From an uncultured Christensenella sp. (GTDB lineage Bacteria > Bacillota > Clostridia > Christensenellales > DTU072), in contig CAZUJW010000004.1 of NCBI GenBank assembly GCA_964620655.1, forward strand, positions 18,611 to 82,610: a stretch of 64,000 nt of DNA, written 5' to 3'. The notes under the pieces are model-generated. The model saw only the letters and a program-made list of their open reading frames with translations, did not search any database and was not told the origin of the DNA. A program made the translations under genes and the position numbers. How positions within the stretch are numbered: the first letter of the stretch is position 1; each line of letters begins with the position of its first letter. This document shows positions 24,001 through 27,632 of the stretch, in pieces.

Positions 24001-25337
24001 TGGGAATTACCCGAAATATGCAAAGGAATGCCGCCTACCGCTCCCAAATCGAGGAAACCGCCCAAAAGGCTGTCTATCGTCAGCTCTTCGTCCTTTTCTG
24101 CGTCTACTCCGAGATTAAGGTTAAGTTCGAGATTGGTGAAACTCGCTTCTTCGTAAGTGCTGTTTTTGCCCGACGCGCCGAAGTTGTAACCGGCAAGGTT
24201 CATCTTGACTTCGTCGCTGTCGCTCGTGTTCAGTTTGAACGGGTTAATCGTAAGATTAAGGTCGTATTCTTTGGTTGCGCTCTGTACGTCTATCGCAAAG
24301 CCCGTAAACTTATAATCTTTTTTAGTAGTGCTGTCGGCTTGCTTTACGTCGGCAAGTTCGGTAATGGCTTTGAATTCCACGGTCATGGACGGCCATTGTT
24401 TATTTACTATGTCTTCCAAACCGAACCCCAGGAACGCTCTCAACAGGGGATCGAGATTGGGTAAGTCCATATCGAGAAGACCCGCTATGCCTTCCCACGT
24501 GAGGTCGAGAGAGAAGAAATTACCGATTTGTATCTTCTTCTTCATAATCATACCGAACAGGAAGTCGGCTTGGAAATATTGATTTATGTATTGATACTTC
24601 GGCAAATCGCCGTCTTTTTCCGCACTGTAAACGACGGTAGACGCGTCGTCGAACAACATACCCCAAATCAAGGGCAAAAGGGAAGCTACCGTTTCCGCGC
24701 CGGCAATATCGAGCGACGCTCCGAAAAGATTACCGACGAGCGGAACTATATCGAGATTATTGTCGGTGAGAATTTTAAGCAAAGCTCCGCCTATCTGACT
24801 CAAATTGAGCTGTTCGGCGTAATATTTTTTGCCGCCTATATCGACGTAAGTGGTCGAGTCGTAATAATAGAAGCCCGCCTTGACTTCGTCGCTTCTTATA
24901 TCGGTCACTTCGACGAACAACGCGCTCTGAGCGTTATCTTCTAAGTTTATGGCGGCTTTTACCACAATGTTATATTCGACGGCGGTCACCGTATCGTCGG
25001 TGTACTTTTCGTCGACTTTTGCGTAGGTATTGAAGGAGAAAGCTATACCGAAGTCTACATTGAGCCATTTGGGGTCGGCGGCGTAGGTAGTGCCGAGGTT
25101 CTTAACCGAAGTCTTTATGTATTCGCGAGCGTCTTTATTGACGACGTTGACGACCTTTTGTTCGCTCTTGCCGGGATCGATTACGTCCCCGCCGTTATTA
25201 TCCGAGTCGTCGGGTCTTTCCGAACACGCCGCAATGCTGAATACCAATGCGAGTATCAGCAGCAACATCAACGCATAACTGAAAAAAGATTTCTTTTTTC
25301 CGCTTTGCGCTATGGATTCTTGATTTTTCGGTCTCAT
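1..25337 (-). CDS. Giant predicted lipoprotein, 5' end complete, 3' end cut by the window edge (at least 8,445 codons)
   Basis: The minus-strand ATG at 25337-25335 is immediately preceded by an in-frame TAA (25340-25338) and by GGAGAAGAA (complement of 25341-25349). My translation of the start is MRPKNQESIAQSGKKKSFFSYALMLLLILALVFSIAACSERPDDSDNNGGDVIDPGK. That is a basic n-region, a hydrophobic core and a lipobox (SIAAC). Spot translations at 25337-24841, 10361-10405, 7861-7900, 1785-1920 and 1-60 all fall in the same frame (first codon base at coordinate = 2 mod 3). The supplied track lists no minus-strand ORF in this frame anywhere in 1-25337; the five minus ORFs listed there are in the other two frames. 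That is what is expected if the frame never meets a stop before the window edge and so was never closed or reported. Plus-strand ORFs over this span are antisense shadows. Confidence 0.85.
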   Translation of the reverse strand, partial: MRPKNQESIAQSGKKKSFFSYALMLLLILALVFSIAACSERPDDSDNNGGDVIDPGKSEQKVVNVVNKDAREYIKTSVKNLGTTYAADPKWLNVDFGIAFSFNTYAKVDEKYTDDTVTAVEYNIVVKAAINLEDNAQSALFVEVTDIRSDEVKAGFYYYDSTTYVDIGGKKYYAEQLNLSQIGGALLKILTDNNLDIVPLVGNLFGASLDIAGAETVASLLPLIWGMLFDDASTVVYSAEKDGDLPKYQYINQYFQADFLFGMIMKKKIQIGNFFSLDLTWEGIAGLLDMDLPNLDPLLRAFLGFGLEDIVNKQWPSMTVEFKAITELADVKQADSTTKKDYKFTGFAIDVQSATKEYDLNLTINPFKLNTSDSDEVKMNLAGYNFGASGKNSTYEEASFTNLELNLNLGVDAEKDEELTIDSLLGGFLDLGAVGGIPLHISGNSHYDFDVKLAASLDLFNNANNKAQATIKYCGAEVISLYLVPDMSLQEGSSVMFNTLYIDASNLTSNGKALMPQLRMPSLNITQILAGTPEVPGLLGGIMKYFDPYYAGTTSGTRSSNADGDTTGGFDVMKLLQLLLQTDEQGNLKCFTFPDDESKVFGLKFDNAGINTLVGMFMPGMNLGIYGMGLSLDLADVFDSIRVNLDVTENMNVHVGFGKTNEDGTYTTGISYFKSPAFDMDAVGCDSHGDVPSDGADRAEALRGEYRSMAGALEYGATITGDFKIGSNADTEIDLSALVGAFVQNVLVGLGIETGSELHIGYEIKAGVNLLRLSELGLIIDLYLLENGERVKGFPFLTIYYSGTDDTLYINPRVDEEADMMTQLHDKLGVTKIIDGKIPKLSIPDVGIAKMLEGIKLDFSGIGSIIGANADFNLSLNADGTVEFGKGFDKEAMQRTLLYMLADTVVLNADGDSAGGDSLDMMGLIEQAVEELSVKDGRLGVIVNAEVLSAVVALMSLDITGDLPKVNGNLFLHLGTQIAYDANGNPLYEYVYYNEGEKEKKVFSYKYNEEGKLLIYDENGNLTDWDIDISKIVPHFVDKDYITAYIGIVDSDTGKKDAFYVGLDLIESISMKKGSDLDFIGGHSSATYTSLSEWVQELVISVNVELGIKFEAGSAELSPEKLNVTIGKMLREIMGSAENSEDFLDVLIKSLALKIDNDYFYNTGLDIGIAVKGNINVNNIFESNVGVVIFDKSAPDASGYITSKGLGYTVIAGVYVDDNKGYVDFSYFGINTVAVSDLEGTYVGAIALLWNNAYNKTSDTRINSKDAYNSKRDFMDYVMKETVLNYFFDTFYTRHGYASRYPTSSYKYLLNDDGYIYLYFAKEFSENFNYTDSSCDISLKESDKTYEIENNGVITIRNATGEIYVTLSPYITTDKTPLRISVAEEEEKMRLDQWETDDRNQEERTRYVDLNDLLASKSNSAYKTMLADYAAKYDSVYNKKGKSDQLDTLLRTEYANTVAEIKNYLRAVIKVDSYATIQRQQDLALIDFLKTDETTDTGKGMTYAEMYGGKTNSQIRASEDYIRLLPEWVDKAVEDQVESDYTARKVTETELKAVTCFRIRNNASFKAELNAIEESKPQNANSETIEEFRKSVTPNLNSDVRVPTVSENADISNPNRIALQILFNSGKVSVELSAATISAVLTMLGFEKVNEYVTLDDIKLGLDLSDGIELDLSVAFGGTYEFGLGLTELVASVDPDEREKYSISVNTDRYKPENTTDGVPNAVHVSASGSIYIKNDTGETGLRLSNDYDITDMIGTLFSNSDFKKTDLDAIYAEIAEENSGTDMTVTAMKAAAWRRLDGTELTSAQKEEMATRYASAVKDIKANKNNVEEWKTWVEGDDNYYAKAWDYLVNNSIIVDLNDLAMVIMAQFMGEMDDSLEFKIDAWLEFASIYSSVLKIELIRHNYSEADGQIHDETVLTLFYDGSEVPVGETQFSGDVYVSTNIFNIGNVVLKDVTAVINGVMDIFDSSFMSSLNDAIDKFLGLDKSDSSASYSADGASYADGESGEDLATYLNLMFRDGSLGIAVTKATLISVIRIFGIDLTEALSELDFGLEVLVGFKGNVDVSANIYLDAEGNVTEEGNHATEIGVTIGNINASFEEDIITDEDKNKDYEEVEKFTTVGLQWGGLTSFAMTDVYRNFNFDYAIKMFANYWLDGRDWGVGGQIDIADGDIFKQATYFSVNANVNLTTVKDLKNVELFLNLTSEKNYKLYEKLADRRGMLSELLKDYGGEKDAAWRQLVSKLKDSVPGDGYDSDGNLYTDETQVLDDYLCYRLMLDIQTEIRSSGKYVTETEQFTACWNKLYGLCGDFYLGNALSLYVILDAEGVADVYINLGFLGVEKIKLNNVSQILIALAKGFGLDLGKITGRGSSNAASNAAVQDLTGAIAREILLTVNTEQGKDLLMLKITGGAIYALTAALGVDIENYFNKYTPNLYLSAFGEDLVELNIDLENLFNLSIAINYPDFTLTDGMELVINEDAYTVIDKEWTTDFKIFFEGSLALGAKGEDTSTSPDDITSINFGDLLRGLLKDESFAVDVILKSLETVGADLSFYLEAKANIAQLSMLMTLLTADESTLTDVQKEAKKALCGDDGKIDLLKVLSSSGVEMFLEIVNRREDSANKGYIKEDLVLGIYLIKETSADGLSEYLSLYIDMSAFHIGRIKVADFESTANALIKRIGELFGNSGSDTSDTGSETGGTSSNADEKEIDSEFTKGAFEKSTEIYDFVRYIIWMKSTAEANKEDLDKIPSDLFITEARMNELLAAMNGNNGLSGFSNAPALYADGEALSDFIHGIVGNTYGLTVSAAANVLIKLLNEAFNDEKSRFSRSLGNYLEALYAGDKEEEILDKKAILSRMNDILIANEWVDGETSTENDGRKANAWEALLDSGTLGDYYTVKAMEIYNGLLNGSSADAEVCPAAWDKLAALINADIEALQDALEDSDAEGEFMSAFAKEYTDYYVSGIALDSYANAMNVKLDALSTAYAQAEETVATMSGISESAKQANIERFAYEYFVGRFNWSTADNDVYKGIYNTKYTESGGSKLTAGSEAWKAIRSMINNEYENLLSALRYVNSYAYNDFGLKTTGNQTLNGSEEDFIRENNVFVISDGRYSRYADAVSYTYKAMAWKYLVSNKAIDADTADGYYTAAVNNYVRNARNFLTYLEYRYAAWKYLNADAERILATTEDGNKFTIRATTAEDGTVTWYKTEITEQYQLTLEDYYDKSYSEIPQLIVDAANKEGVLTIGFLYDGSIADVSAEIANLYLKVDFVKAGIKIADSDLSRTRLQYVYNDYDEITGQEEVTEVVNDENLQKTNGEFSLLDENFGYVYAKLDVEFGLNMEDDVQYDFTELVNSLLTQLGLNLNINGQTLQIAPVLSILSTVGDYFRISLEARVNMFRLVNKDLSDTDISLTVYSLDDSGNRKETVLQLVFGAGSEDDGTKYDFVYVDAGRFNIQRLYIKNALEQIKKLLGNANASYAVAYDVHNGGSIAKVIMAAMIADVLAVDDGNSNPEVDVNLAKYGMSVQLAANAIYTLLTFLGMGDVKSMISKVGSPEVALDIFSVANYGKDSDVLQNYDDGDRNVIAVSLNFDSINENGVSTGRGIGLELAIRNMELSFAQDKMIEFDEDEVLKRDENGDPIDFAEVDGMLPKIALKTTVLLEIEAGVTNGTNLYQDPVNTIMNNYLGGLVMDIALYIANKQKITVAVDIEASLDLGNGEDNNYLDHLISGSSFRIAFRIFRVGEKVATDQNKEWAVITYFGGNLYIDLSELNSDKLYLADVGNLIFGDGTDAQSAAMFATFDALNAAIGAVKVGVDAEINSSGLYLIIKKAAIASMLKVFGFGGFDMFPDAAIQLYVKGMKVEDGVNTFDIGFNLALGENLVTGSTELNPTLGLGMSIKGLYVGFSGLDIQVSDSAEYIQLDRLDTVYFSTEIIINVTDEKGIYKLGGLLQVLKENGYFDLGATLGIDTAIDPVIEFLESLESKLYVKVDLTVNIKNIIDDLQARISIYTKAPEERSDNESPVLSLAYIRGDVYIDAEGISNSENFYLGKVKISGLMDMIKTLTGSDASDDAKNTYKNIKEYEQLFSKNTSLFADVNNKVNGTVNIIGDVVKGLTVELVNGAIFGILKQLMGVDMKELITNVETMVDSVLDPYLGITITPSMTVLITIGLPSKAYNVSESVVAVPKSMEAAINNWYSDRKDDLIYPDDAWNKLFEDSLLYDLYNVSGSVKADKVKEWIALGLPDISVVYAEMRLRFSKMSDNQIYTLTYDYMIGEIYGNDSLAAAYGYDFGSDKVIDNTTKRSEKLDAFYNDYLKTVAFDSFYSSADDAVKSVLDSMLSIYSGSKVAVYDAYVASTESGAEELRNLYENDTHKEKIDEMKSSVGHEAVVYMNLIKGIMNSTFAMEDAWISYISDQIKYTSGSDKIKIYLAKYDELYIIQRAYAWDTFLAEAIEDRDYVKVAMMESAFNYAAGRYKTATEQELKAYAYDKYRKDLIEDSTIYEEALVADDVSILKTVVINEMRLYKYRGESEDISSTGVTKDDIADLIAIIEAIVTGIQTYSVKNTVILNEYQEAELVYDIIFSSSDALNVIGELFSGNSTEVLRTIRAYAIDELRKSDVERITNQIVASPDETESDKTELLSALIGRYADRFELIRGQSVEQLAIEDYADGKSFRADAWNNLISLEYKSILPENAVILSAEIGAKNSGYAISEENNGYEVNPSVYFADNYNVNIENDMLKLSLIYAELKARAESKLLFEAAETYADDSDNIGNVISICANSGYGKDGYLVEFYRTARSFARYLYLIGATLSAEDVEMVKAVSEGNYGVISCEAYYDGFASYKGESTTRYGEIATALGIVKDMYATLKEEETELNKSVRKDINDSVKSIMPVREMTTDNLTEAKTNGEIVDGKGMPLYQTYLALVLFRTKYAGDASVNTAFDYAEQYRTLGLNEYVAAVYGRFVKICESDSLKKELEQTITAFNGGDYSVLTAEAWNAFNFEGDVYDNDRNVVEIKERAAFINKLFERIADEEYAKRSAWEAWYRLSSTAARIEEMDDMLRAKVFEDLYPSIKNLLTEIIVGNANTVIKDGMSVIGVSAKTYEKVNIISYNEYFEDLKRETEALYATLKDYDEELTDVSDAAENELTLEFESSATDVQKASIMKKVYDEITADSTKYAESVAVTWAESYATARKALIIVDRQKYSDLMYDKLSDDDKNKYASDVFAAFDAAVEHTISKYAAATENALLGDAKTNFDTLIESVNGHLNEAESARSTYEYEKNYLKAYNKYFADAANVGKTDSDFEKAMDELDGGIEEYLGSDYEKVSYTAPTYPTDTSTATTMKALKPMWDSVVAADRQIRKDTLKFKYDTYAYNQDEGITLDEYNEGVESVNNEKYDDGNYVMYTYLNGYGALTRKQGETEYGFYFRQISTLRVLENDTKISVQSRNTIAENAGDYRTAALGWENLFKDNETTIDIKTLLTKVYSFCLDTWYDSDATLVGYRNNIYSVYYETAENMFDSLFAKGYITSLFGGTDAKVEYNDYIAKFDELKDAVSALGSSTAQTDKDTVGLYEKDRTEVLLTLTDKNEALLMEKIYKSYVAGKLSAGVVSDFDSVLNSYGAAFENKVYETAYEYFTELIYSERNGTIYSDFRTKAAALYDEYATVAIALLKQIYFEITTGSELNVNTITAAASAFSGFVIPGEYSRFVSFINVFADETAKFTEDGVLTSDGKLRTLATVIKGNGVLTGNDDTVKKMTEIRKAFVAFVRDNYLTFGATENMLATLAKYYESFASLSKEYSALFTTAETVAKRTETKNLISGYGYDVSDVSDVSDAYIDMLSVIFMAGSSNIGGINKIYRQKFDGYAKDVNSAVYLTITEVTFRNALAANYDDIAAAIRANDPLLQSFVEGQGIDSTSTAQEKALALIALSDEIESYLASGKTLSEVTSAAYAETRSAILSLAEPEKYLTSYIWNKYYSFKASEEIKNALALKETLAVSGESDVTEYLTFDEMSDILKKYLSYKQSQAIIGLVSVLEGSSTLIKSFDQIYKNALKSAEALADLTLSLGISGKDTSILFDIKRYQEDETGTSVSLIKDVLTDDEKAEYIEYSDLTLRVNLNASLSINFDEGRLDINPLLNLINLPVKLSELDIDFLAEHTLYATIEGQLGINFEALLSGDTDRINSSIVGELALTYYLIDHDTNGENTRFEQVLIHIWLYGPNIYAQVELFDSHVSAKIPFALGEKIISIVNPSGGTEESDETSGSSAATIRALNSAVMSAYHGVSREEAENMLNPFEQLYSVVNNADSSIADVLEVLLRIGSKETALILTVDILAELVKVIFKEETLSSDLEDLVNLAFTEGELAIEYGDDLGLSFSIRKNAEEGSDKIGYDAELALLRNTVVSLDRAKYDSLYGSIDELYKDGFFEDFFALGLNVDTSATLSEILASVIGARTTVSFSIYLESNVLKSILDWSDLFSVQEIETFFQLKILKNASGRIRLDIGLDIDLEQTAFDFYVSGYNGDNVNIFNIYFVGGLLNHDGEGTGTLDPKIYVDCGDGLHDKLLLTPQMGYNLFNINFVNIFFYLLDSDSRYDIDMSNAAAQNAASLDALVDDMDWSDVIEGLTFGKGTIGIRLATTIVNAFLQALFGFEFAELGNIQLELDNINNTLFLTIPLDAPVYDENGNVVNTSKIDFGFGLSDIDIRLGQKENFFGENISEKFSTGYEPLENYVWVTEVNSSFHINDDFNTALDLSGLTASLINGLGFNIKSGDALDVEILFALRSYIDFSDISKLRFELEVAHGDGNGSLVQRILSIKYVGTEDDGTVYLDLSGLGLPKISLSNVNLGKLVKDILKKIETGLSNDEQEIIPQQADGNVGNDITDAEKRAQRYQDIADMEFGQNMLMLIYSDEEASIAITGALLLTLVGNLNDLLGGILPDALLNIPTFSYVKIGRDDADKVNGIQFVLDENKQFSIRYNFDKSYSHMKPRAKLGEVTDMTIVSDDDKDDYTSIDRLKNLHIGLNLDLTLQTKNPGSDDKSEVISGFEDMLEKILGLQADTILFDLQDTTMTFSVGLDLGVDLTDFAKSVLKLEITYNDEVMIGLYYIDGVVYADLGTLGLFRASISGIDLAAMIMSMLSGTDFETMITTDGIDVASLVGGILDAEKLNEGEKGSTVKSSTFIKPETKGSALTDFDSAMQNVASSTLNSGYTAKQIGVIANAMTENKISVLSGLTAEQNTALYDYILGGKSIAEYIISSAATDYLYYGEKTRVANAISALITSAQSTFSGMTSAQVADAISDSVASGKTYKGFGVNQMQFIYDVLEEENLTSIDKMSTSLKAKIASDYAEKKADTINAVLFATEKDMVKAVENFLSAMISSFAGATPEILNAIVGGMTAANLDFLEMKGSHYDTDGNSETNVTARKRSFVEGTVDSYCSAYVNVKYGITDSEKEQLKAKTLAHFGIYDSNSGSSISGTSGSNVVGKPIVNLILTNTEIKINPNAATLGLIIGMVMPGKNLSVPDFKRMELVLNTYDGLSNINFNLAIDSYGNKVALSVPTGGLTFAFNEGVGELAGGKDKSFTEMFDLPDVSSYGGLTGVSLNGSGLDLNTTALVNSLLDGIFIDDLTIYLEHRTDYWSRKDLFAKYPKVDSTGPYTYADIDDGYLGNDAAALSGIMKVLNIVNKIYNLVNVKKWYQYFTGGSGLLNSVTNTKNKPVFTRNQYARGKILAYKSVTNVINADISTPSYKQGNISAHIDHHQIFLSIGMSLTIKIYITLDLSSFLNGSNDGVESKGLNLSSIMGLVLFPDSMFASENAENGTGRFYGRVTDTDGNPVSGATVTVSNGTGDYQTRTTDADGYYYFTNLPVTEHIYGEYNIYKLENWLKDNNKIASDGTYTEQYIDYDGKHYELIDGVYYNLGDRTAISVSKDGCSSFYEREIWILPKETNTAVVRNVTLVDAAKTGEVPKDVTFTGKTYYKDGEDLVPFGGASLVYNGGTGLTVSSVLSDGNGVGSYEMTVKVYDSIREYYENNHLSTLANKFTANLSGYNLVGFRLNGDSTTITDEGLNNQLNALISKGSSGMSIEVDMIFERTDVTTTTIVGKILVPKERGSSEWVVPEPGTYQIWVSVGGHTSGVVDYYDLTPDDFSVAVDSEGNFSFTGEELALENIGASSYIIKFRSEIYQNLNLAADANGDATDTFGNMKVLDTYNGQVASYYVTLNPIYREKHWSEDVAGISEDENISDIGQLLSRVRIRLGADKLDGEVHDDGDNGVQDHDHSYQDDVSNLIYEGSNATDRYNTYTYIEAWLNSGRINDILAGVENIILGMMGVTGIAPGQTISAQDISLGGTTTDADFRLDQYSESDIINKGEAELKKAFVDRYKGRYNEDDSDVFNKIYVDEGAYYQAMHSALAKMSAGLVHFVLTMVFDSTGIATMEALGIHLTDLIAYAILDPSAFEALNA
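1785..1910 (-). other. Carboxypeptidase-regulatory-like / Cna-B-like beta-sandwich segment within the giant CDS
   Basis: Hand translation gives GRVTDTDGNPVSGATVTVSNGTGDYQTRTTDADGYYYFTNLP. This matches the classic G-x-V-x-D-x-x-G-x-P-x-x-G-A-x-V ... T-D-x-x-G-x-Y-x-F-x-x-L pattern of CarboxypepD_reg/Cna-B type domains. A second similar start, GKILVPKERGSSEWVVPEPGTYQIWV, lies at about 1020-1090. Confidence 0.6.
7865..7896 (-). repeat. In-frame 9-bp tandem repeat (3.5 copies) inside the giant CDS, encoding (DVS)n
   Basis: The plus strand reads cgtcgctta x3 followed by cgtcg. The minus-frame translation is Y-DVS-DVS-DVS-DA. Confidence 0.9.
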
Positions 25338-25400
25338 TTATTCTTCTCCGTTTGGCTTTTTTGTTAAAGGGCGCACTTCACCCTTTTTCTACGCAGTTTA

Positions 25401-25429
25401 ATTATAACGCGTATCGCAATGCGTGTCAA
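25401..25429 (-). promoter_or_regulatory. Consensus sigma-A/sigma-70 promoter for the giant gene
   Basis: Read on the minus strand: TTGACA (25429-25424), 17-nt spacer (25423-25407), TATAAT (25406-25401). Both hexamers are perfect and the spacing is optimal. The element lies about 64 nt upstream of the ATG at 25337. Confidence 0.7.
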
Positions 25430-25693
25430 TAGGCAAAATTTTCTTTTATATAAATATATATAAACCGTGAGCGACGCATGACCGGGCAAGAACGAAAGAC
25501 CTTGCGTCGCGACTTTTTACGCTATCGAAAAAGCGGATAAATTCCCTTGCGCGAATTTACGATTTTTGCAGAAAAACGACAAAAATAATCTTGCCCGTTT
25601 TTGTCGGATTTTGCCGAAAAACGTCGACTCGACAAACCTGCCGCGATGGGAACGCTGTTCACAAATTCTTTTCCGCCGGAATAATATTGTCTC

Positions 25694-25984
25694 GTGAAAA
25701 AAACGTACTTTATCGAAGGCGAATTCATTACCGTAAAAAATATCCCCGATTCCGAATTTTCCGTCAGGCTCGACAATCTCGGCATAACGGAAGGGTGTCA
25801 CATATATATTAAAAAAGTAAGTTCGCGCGGCGGTCCTTTGATTATTTCGGCAAGGCGTACGCTCTATGCCGTACGACAGGAAAATTTAGCGTCGGTGGCG
25901 ACGACGGTAAAAAATGAAAATAGCTTTGATAGGAAACCCAAACTGCGGCAAAACGACTCTCTTCAACAGGATTACGGGAAGTAA
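25694..25984 (+). CDS. feoA: FeoA-family ferrous iron transport protein (GTG start); the 3' end overlaps feoB by 71 nt
   Basis: The ORF-track translation MKKTYFIEGEFITVKNIPDSEFSVRLDNLGITEGCHIYIKKVSSRGGPLIISARRTLYAVRQENLASV has the size and pattern of the FeoA SH3-like domain. It sits directly upstream of feoB. The last ~29 residues look like a non-FeoA tail. Confidence 0.65.
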   Translation: MKKTYFIEGEFITVKNIPDSEFSVRLDNLGITEGCHIYIKKVSSRGGPLIISARRTLYAVRQENLASVATTVKNENSFDRKPKLRQNDSLQQDYGK

Positions 25985-27617
25985 AAACCCCGTCGGGAAC
26001 CGCGCGGGAGTCACCGTGTCCGTCGCCGAAAAGACGGTAGGTAACGACGTTTTCGCAGACCTTCCGGGGATATATTCCCTTAATAAAGCCGTCAACGAAG
26101 AAAGTATATCCGCGTCCTACCTCGACGGAAAAGTCGACCTTATCCTTAACGTAATCGACGTAAGGTATCTTTCCCGCTCTCTTTATCTTACTTCACAACT
26201 TCTCACTCTCGGTATTCCCGTCGTGGTTTTACTCAATATGTCGGAGAAAATAGAGAAAAGCGGGGGCAATATAGACGATAAAAAACTATCGTCGATTTTA
26301 GGCTGTCCCGTAAAAATCTTGCGAAAAAACGAGAAAGATTTTTCGTCGGTTTTTCGCCTTTCCGACGTAAAAACGTACGCGTGTTTTTCGGGTACCGCCG
26401 CCGAAAAATACGCGCGGTTCGACGAGATAGAAAAGGAAGCGGTTTCTTTAGGAAAACCATCGACGATTTCCGATAAAATCGACTCGTTACTCCTTAACGA
26501 CTACCTGTCGATACCGTTGTTTTTTCTCGTGATGAGCGGCGTTTTGTTACTCTCCGCAGGGCTGTTCGGCAACGTATTAGGCGGCAAAATAAGCTATCTT
26601 TTTTCTCTCCTTTCCGACAAGTTTTCCGCCCGTTTCGACGGGGTCGTTACGCCGTTTTTACTATCGCTTATCGCCGACGGAATATTCGAAGGAATAGCCG
26701 GGGTAGTGTCCTTTATCCCCATGATATTAAGTCTTTTTTTCTTCCTGTCCTTACTCGAAAACTGCGGATATTTATCCCGCGCCGCGGTATCTTTCGACAG
26801 TCTTCTTTCTTCGGTAGGACTTACGGGAAGAAGCGCGATTACCTTTATCTTAGCATGCGGTTGCACCGCGCCCGCCGCCGCTTCGGCAAGGACTTTAACC
26901 GACGACAACGAACGTAACAGATGTCTTAAAAATCTGCACTTTTTTCCGTGCAGCGCGAAACTCCCCGTACTAAGCTGTCTTCTTTCTCTTTTTTCCGAAA
27001 AAGGTTATCTCCTTTCTCCGCTGTTTTACCTTGCGGGGATATTTATAGCCCTTTTCTTTTGCAAAAAGGCCTCTTCGCCTAAAACCGATATTTTTCTTCT
27101 CGAAATTCCCCCTTTGCAAAAACCCGATTTTGCGGAAATTTTCGGTTCGGTTTACAGAAAATCCCGTTCTTTCCTTTTTAAGGTCTGCACCGTAGTTTTT
27201 TTATCGTCGATAGTGGTCTGGCTTACGATAAATTTCGATTTTTCTTTCCGCGCCTGCACAGCGGAAAACAGTATTCTCGCCGTAACGTGCGACCGCCTTA
27301 AATTCCTTTTCCTGCCGTTGGGGCTTGCCGACTGGCGGATAATTGCGTCGTTTTTTGCCGGGTTTGCGGGCAAAGAAACCGTCGTAGGGGTACTTAACGT
27401 AGTCTGTAACGGCGATATATCGGCGGCGTTTACCCCCTTTTCTTCCTTTAATTACGCCCTGTTTTTGTTCCTTTCGCCCCCTTGCGCGACCGCTCTGTCG
27501 GCGTTAAGAACCGAACTCGGAACAAAAAAATTTGCGGCGGTTTTCTTTCGACAGATTTTATTCGCTTACGCCGTATGTTCCGCTCTGAACCTTTTATATA
27601 TGCTTTTCTCCGTTTAG
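25914..27617 (+). CDS. feoB: Ferrous iron transporter FeoB
   Basis: The N-terminal G-domain MKIALIGNPNCGKTTLFNRITG (G1 motif GNPNxGKT) is followed by a polytopic hydrophobic C-terminal region. The ORF is 567 aa. Confidence 0.9.
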   Translation: MKIALIGNPNCGKTTLFNRITGSKNPVGNRAGVTVSVAEKTVGNDVFADLPGIYSLNKAVNEESISASYLDGKVDLILNVIDVRYLSRSLYLTSQLLTLGIPVVVLLNMSEKIEKSGGNIDDKKLSSILGCPVKILRKNEKDFSSVFRLSDVKTYACFSGTAAEKYARFDEIEKEAVSLGKPSTISDKIDSLLLNDYLSIPLFFLVMSGVLLLSAGLFGNVLGGKISYLFSLLSDKFSARFDGVVTPFLLSLIADGIFEGIAGVVSFIPMILSLFFFLSLLENCGYLSRAAVSFDSLLSSVGLTGRSAITFILACGCTAPAAASARTLTDDNERNRCLKNLHFFPCSAKLPVLSCLLSLFSEKGYLLSPLFYLAGIFIALFFCKKASSPKTDIFLLEIPPLQKPDFAEIFGSVYRKSRSFLFKVCTVVFLSSIVVWLTINFDFSFRACTAENSILAVTCDRLKFLFLPLGLADWRIIASFFAGFAGKETVVGVLNVVCNGDISAAFTPFSSFNYALFLFLSPPCATALSALRTELGTKKFAAVFFRQILFAYAVCSALNLLYMLFSV

Positions 27618-27632
27618 AAAACGGTTCTGCGG

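Noticed and set aside
63-24944. Dozens of plus-strand ORFs in the track across 1-25.3 kb (for example 63-1238 at 391 aa, 6525-7172, 9078-9776, 19602-20273, 20101-20718, 24000-24464)
   Set aside because: All lie antisense to the single giant minus-strand frame. Their translations are Val/Phe/Arg/Gly-rich low-information sequence with many alternative starts, no RBS and no recognisable motifs. They overlap each other in different frames. This is typical shadow-ORF behaviour.
25660-25693. A Fur box in front of feoA (ggaataatattgtc)
   Set aside because: The best alignment to the 7-1-7 TGATAAT-N-ATTATCA consensus gives only about 5/7 plus 2/7 matches. That is not distinguishable from AT-rich background.
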